In this document: positions 57,753 to 64,000 of the stretch, one piece after another
How the letters are laid out: the number at the start of each line of letters is the position of its first letter
Position numbering within the stretch: the stretch's first letter is position 1
Assembly: GCF_009914755.1 (NCBI RefSeq)
Contig: NC_060926.1
Length of the DNA stretch: 64,000 bases
Origin: the human T2T-CHM13v2.0 reference genome, Homo sapiens
Direction: 5' to 3' (one strand)
Program-made: the position numbers and the translations under genes
The notes under the pieces: generated by a model
Told to the model about the DNA's origin: nothing
Databases searched by the model: none
What the model saw: the letters and a program-made list of their open reading frames with translations, nothing else

Positions 57753-59134
57753 GGTAGGGATTCTCAAATTGTGTCTGATGGAACACTGATCCTTTGGCTG
57801 AAACACTAGATTGAACTGATGTCTCTCTCAGATAGTTGCTTCCATTATTAAAGGAAAAAGAATAGATGTTAATATTTATTCTATAACCTCTAGTTGCTCA
57901 ATATTCACTATCTCACTTTATTCTTATAACCTTATGAAATAGGTATCATTATCAGAATTCTTTATATGACACATCACTTGTAGGAAGTGATATATTAATT
58001 TAGAAATATGACTCTTTCAACCTCACATTTTGTGAAAAAAAAAATGATTCAAGCTCTTCATCAGAGTATTTGCCATCATTAGACAGACCACTTTTCAAAT
58101 AATCTAAATCCATCTGGCTATGCACATCACCTCCATTTAAATCCACAGGCACACTAGCAGATATTGTGGGTTTGGTTCCAGGACATCACAATAAAGTAAA
58201 TATCGCAATAAAATGAGTCACCCAAATTTTTTTGCTTTCCCACTGCATATAAAATTTATGTTTACACTATACTGTAGTCTATGTCTCAAAAAACAATGTA
58301 CTACAGGGGAAAGGACCGTCTCTTCAATCTCTTGCCATACACAAAAATCAAATCAAAATGAATTAAAGACTTAAATCTAAGACCTCAAACTATGAAATTA
58401 CTACAAGAAAACATTGGGGAAACTCTCCAGGATGTTGGTCTGGGGAGAGATTTCTTGAGCAATACCCCACAAGCACAGGCAACCAAAGCAAAAATGGACA
58501 AATGAGACAGTATCAAGCTAAAAAGCTTCTGCACAGCAAAGGAAATAATCAACAACAAAATGAAGAGACAACCCACAGAATGGGAGAAAATATTTGCAAA
58601 CTACCTATCTGACAAGGGATTAATAACCAAAATATATAAGGGGCTCAAACCACATTATAGGAAAAAAAAGTAATAATCTGATTTAGAAATGGGCAAAAGA
58701 TTTGAATGGACATGTAATGGCAAACAGGTATATGACAAGGCACTCAACATCATTGATCATCTGACAAACGCAAATCAAAACTACAATGAGATATCATCTC
58801 ACCCCAGGTAAAATGGCTTATATCCAGTAAGACAGGCAATAACAAATGCTGGTGAGGATGTGAAGAACAGGGAACCCTCCTACACTGTTGGTAGGAATGT
58901 AATTAGTACAACTTCTATGGAAAACAGTTTGGAAGTTCCTCAAAAATCTAAAAGTAGAGCTACCATATGACCCAGTAATCCCACTGCTGGGTATATACCC
59001 CAAAGAAAGGAAATCAGTGTATCGAAGAGACATCTGCACTCCCATGTTTGTTGCAGCACTGTTCACGGTAGCCAAGACTTGGAAGCAACCTAAGTGTTCC
59101 TCAACAGACAAATGATTAAAGAAAATGTGGTACC

Positions 59135-59549
<415 letters not shown>

Positions 59550-59639
59550 TCATTATGTTAAGCGAAACAAGCCAGGAGCAGAGAAACAAACTTCAGATAT
59601 TTTCACTTATTTGTGGGAGCTACAAAATTAAAACAATTA

Positions 59640-60122
<483 letters not shown>

Positions 60123-61464
60123 TTAGTATTTGATAGCACAACAGGGTGACTACAGTCAAAAATAATTTAATTGTACATTTTTAAATAACTAAAAGTATAA
60201 TTGGATTGTTTATAACACAAAGGATAAATGCTTGAGGGGATGGATACCCCATTTACCCTGATAAGATTATTACTCTTTGCATGCCTGTATCAAAGTATCT
60301 CATGGACCCCGTAAATATATACACCTACTATGTATCCACAGAACTTTTTAAATAAAAAATAATGTTAAAAGAGAAGTGAAAATAAATAGAAAACAGCAAC
60401 AAAAATGTACATACTTTAATTTAAAAAATACGTCATTGCTAAAAAAAATCGGAAAATTGGTGCCAATAGACTTGGTTGACACAAGGTTGCCACAAACCTC
60501 AGATTTGTCAAAAACACAGCATCTGCACAGCACAGTAAAGTGACGTGCGCTAAAACATGGTGTGCCTGCGACTTGCTTGAGATGCAGCCTTTTTAATCCA
60601 TGACCCTAAGCCACAAAATATTAGGACCATCGTTTATTTTATCCGTCCCATAGAAGTACATTTACTTTAGAGTTTATGAAATATGATTGGAAAGTTCTTA
60701 AGCCTGCCTATGGGGTAACAGAAAGTCTTGGTTTTCATCAGCTTACCTCTATAAGCATACAAAGCCAGAAGTGATTGAAGTGGTTTCAGACTATAACACT
60801 TTCCTAAGTGGTACTTTGTTGAAAAAAGAAAGTGACTGAGAGGGCACCCAGTAGAAAACAAATAAAACAGCATGAGTTGAGAAACTGTGACAGAGACCAC
60901 ATGACTAGCAAAACCTAAAATATTTACCATCTGGCCCTTTGACAGAGAAGTCTGCGGGCCCCATGCTATGATAAAATGGGCACCCTGGAGTGGCCACCTT
61001 GATGGGCAGACTCTGTCCACATCCCATGCCAGTGCTCCTTTGGGGATCCTTGTGAAGACACCCTACGTTCATTTAGCAGTGATTTTTTAAAAAACATCCT
61101 ATTGACTTTTGTGGAGTAATACTCACTTCTCCTTATCGTACCTAGGATGACTACTGAGAAAACTATCTTTAAATTGCTTTGGTATTTTCAGAAAAGGGAA
61201 AAAAAAAGATTACACTCACCAGGATAAGAACAGGTTTGACCTACAGGAGATTCTTTAAGTAAAAACATCTTAAGTTCTGTAGAGTGGGAGTCAATATGAA
61301 ACCTTAATTTGGACTCAGAAAGCCCTGGCAGGGGGAGCCACTGACCAGGTGCAACCCCTGAGAGTGGGTGCTGCTGCTTCTGAGAACAATCCTGATCTGT
61401 AGAGCAGGGCTAAGAACACCTACCTTCCCAGGACTTTTGTGAGGATTAAAATGCCTGGCACAAA

Positions 61465-61616
61465 CCAACACGGTGGGTCAAATGGGTAAGCCCAGAACTT
61501 TGGGAGGCTGAGGCAAGAGGATCACTTGAGGTCAGGAGTTTGAGACCCACCTGGGCAACACAGTGAGATCCTACCTCTAAAAGCAAGTAAATAAAATAAA
61601 ATAAAAAACACAAAAA
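61465..61616 (+). mobile_element. FLAM-like Alu monomer
   Basis: CTTTGGGAGGCTGAGGCAAGAGGATCACTTGAG..CCTGGGCAACACAGTGAGA followed by an A-rich tail. Near-TSD TTAAAATG(C/T)CTGG. Confidence 0.8.
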
Positions 61617-62594
61617 TTAAAATGTCTGGGCCGGAGTAAAAATGAAACAAACCACATCAAAACTGAGGGGCTAAGAACAATGTGTAATTTCTGACAATTG
61701 CATGGGTTTCTGGATAGTTCAGCTGGCCTCATGTGAGCGCATATGGGCCTCTTCAGTCAACTTCAGTGGGCTGGGGGCCCCATCCACGGACTGCTCAGTC
61801 TCTCTCCTGGTTATTTAACCCTGGGTTTTGCCTTGGCTGCCACAAGGCGACCTCCAGGCATGCATCTGCCAAGCTGCCATTTGTGCCCCACTTCACAGTG
61901 TCCTAGAAACCCGAGCAAGCCCCACGGTCAAGCCCTGAGGCAACGTGGAGGCAACATAGCCTCTGACTCTTGGTGGGAAGAGGGGCGAAGGGTTCTCGGC
62001 CATACCCAAGGCCCTGCTTTTGCTCAGGATGATGCCTCATAAAAGACAGAATTTTGTCTTTTCTCCACCTACATCATCCTTGGTTCTTTTCTTTCATACC
62101 ACAACCACCTTCCAAATGCCAGGAATGTTTTCATATGCTAGCATGATTCCCTTGCTGGGTGTTAGACACTGCGCTGTACCCTATTAATAGGCGTGACTAC
62201 CATGCTATTGCTATTCTCATCTTTCAGACTTAAGAAAGCTATGGAACTTGCCCATGATTAAGGCTGCAAAGGAGTGGAGCAGGATTACAAGCTGAGCAGT
62301 CTGTGGCTCCCACGCCTGTCCCAGCCAACACTGCAGTCTCTGCAACCAGTTTTATATCTCACAAGGGTCAGACTGAGCTTGGTAAATGACCCTCTGCCTA
62401 AGAGCCCATCTGCCATGCAACAGCGCTGAGTGTGGGCCCTGGAACTCAGAACAACTGTGGCTGTGCAGACCTGCCAGGAGTCAGGTATGAAGCCAGTCTC
62501 CTCTCATGACTGACTGTTGGGCCCAGAACTGGACAATCCAACAGCCTGGAAGTTCTTCTCTTCAAGCAAGTTGAGTCAGCCCAGGTGCTCAGAG

Positions 62595-62764
62595 GGGGAG
62601 CTAATGGATGTGAGCTAACCATGAAATTGTGCCAATCTATTAGGTTGGTGCAAAAGTAATTGTGGCTTTTGCCATTACTTTTGATTGCAAAAACCGCAAT
62701 TACTTTTGCACCAACCTAATAGTGTGGCATAATTTCATGGTTAGCTTATGTCCATTAGTTCCCC
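62595..62764. repeat. Inverted repeat (40-bp arms, 35/40 identical) enclosing MADE1
   Basis: 62595-62634 matches the reverse complement of 62725-62764. Confidence 0.95.
62640..62719. mobile_element. MADE1 (Hsmar1-derived MITE, miR-548-type hairpin)
   Basis: 80 bp, TTAGGTTGGTGCAAAAGTAATTG...CAATTACTTTTGCACCAACCTAA, with a TA TSD at 62638-62639 and 62720-62721. Confidence 0.97.
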
Positions 62765-62799
62765 TTCCCCCCAGAAACCTGACCCAAAAGCCAGAACGA

Positions 62800-63196
62800 A
62801 GTTAAAGTGGTGAAGGCAAATGTTATCCAGGATCATTGCAACAGGGGAAAAGAGACCCCACTATAGAAATGGGCTCCATTCTGAATACAGCAGGGAGAAG
62901 GGATTTATATAGCCAAGGAGCAGGAGTCAGAAGATGGAAAAACACTAATAGAAAATGGCACCAAGTCTGGGGAGAATACTGACTGAACAGACCTGACAGG
63001 ATTCCTGCTGAAGGCAGGCCAAGGTGATCAGACAGCAAAACTGCGCAGTGAAAAATTTTAATCAGGTGTCAAAGGTGGGGGATTCTTGTTAAAATGACTT
63101 ATCAAGATTCTTGCTGAAACTGGATTTTACATGGAAGAGCACCGATGGGTATTTACAGTCTGCCTAAAGTTTGGGTACGCAAAGAATCTTTGTTAC
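62800..63196 (-). mobile_element. MER31/MER67-like ERV1 solo LTR
   Basis: ATAGCCAAGGAGCAG..GATTCCTGCTGAAGGCAGGCC..GGTGGGGGATTCTTG..GATTCTTGCTGAAACTGGATTTTACA..CTAAAGTTTGG..AAAGAATCTTTGTTA. Confidence 0.75.
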
Positions 63197-63242
63197 TAGT
63201 TCTCTTTCAGAGAATCAGAAGTCCAAGTAAGCTTAATTAACT

Positions 63243-63347
63243 AGTTATAACTAGCCCTTCCTTGTTCTGGACTCTCTCAGTTTCAGCCATGAAAGTCCTC
63301 CTGGGGAACCACTCAGTCCTGGGCAAACTGGAATAGTTGGTCACCTG
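63243..63347. mobile_element. MER81-like hAT-Blackjack element
   Basis: TGAAAGTCC..CTCAGTCCTGGGCAAACTGGAATAGTTGGTCACC. Confidence 0.7.
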
Positions 63348-63514
63348 GTTACTAGACTGATCTGCTCTCTGCCTACGAGTCTCAGAAAACATTTGGTCCC
63401 TGAACAACTAATGGAATGAGAAAAGACTTCCTTGACCGATTTTGTTCACCACTCTGACGTCTGAGTCCAGTATGGAGCTTGGCACCAAGTGAGAGATCAT
63501 AAAACACCTGTTGA

Positions 63515-63839
<325 letters not shown>

Positions 63840-64000
63840 CTAGTTCAGAAGAGGTGGCCCTGATTCCTACCTCCCAAGTGGGTGGGCAAAGCTACGGAAG
63901 CCCAGAAATACCAGAAATATGGCCCAGGGTTCGCCCCTAGTGTACACTGAGGAGATATATGCCCTTCTGGTTGTTTCTAAAACAAGAAGGACCCGACAAA

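Noticed and set aside
63229-63254. Polylinker-like run (AAGCTT, TTAATTAA, ACTAGT, TTATAA)
   Set aside because: These are overlapping AT-rich palindromes at the edge of a MER81-like element, with no vector sequence nearby. Most likely chance.

Overview
Primate, almost certainly human, non-coding genomic DNA (large intron or gene desert). There is no credible protein-coding gene: the supplied ORFs are Alu, L1 or microsatellite read-through, or chance ORFs. Much of the window is recognisable interspersed repeat: about 16 Alu/FLAM/FRAM copies, L1 fragments of several ages, MaLR/ERVL/ERV1 LTRs, hAT and Tc1/mariner relics, MIR/L2/L3 and one tRNA-Ile-headed MamSINE1-like SINE. These alternate with repeat-poor, TAAT-rich blocks that look like conserved enhancers (about 10.3-11.0, 15.1-15.4, 31.0-32.7 and 47-55 kb). 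I could not name the locus. I found no convincing new biological system. The best leads are: (1) a MADE1 MITE inserted at the centre of an older 40-bp-arm palindrome, giving a 170-nt hairpin whose outer-arm mismatches are all G-U pairs on the + strand; (2) a roughly 5.8-kb segment (37.5-43.3 kb) with a 3'UTR/retrocopy-like end and truncated MaLR LTRs at both edges; (3) a strong non-coding exon candidate at 30682-30839; (4) a 442-nt purine tract containing (GGAA)10; (5) several structurally odd Alus. Repeat subfamily names come from recall of consensus sequences, and boundaries are approximate unless a target-site duplication (TSD) is quoted.
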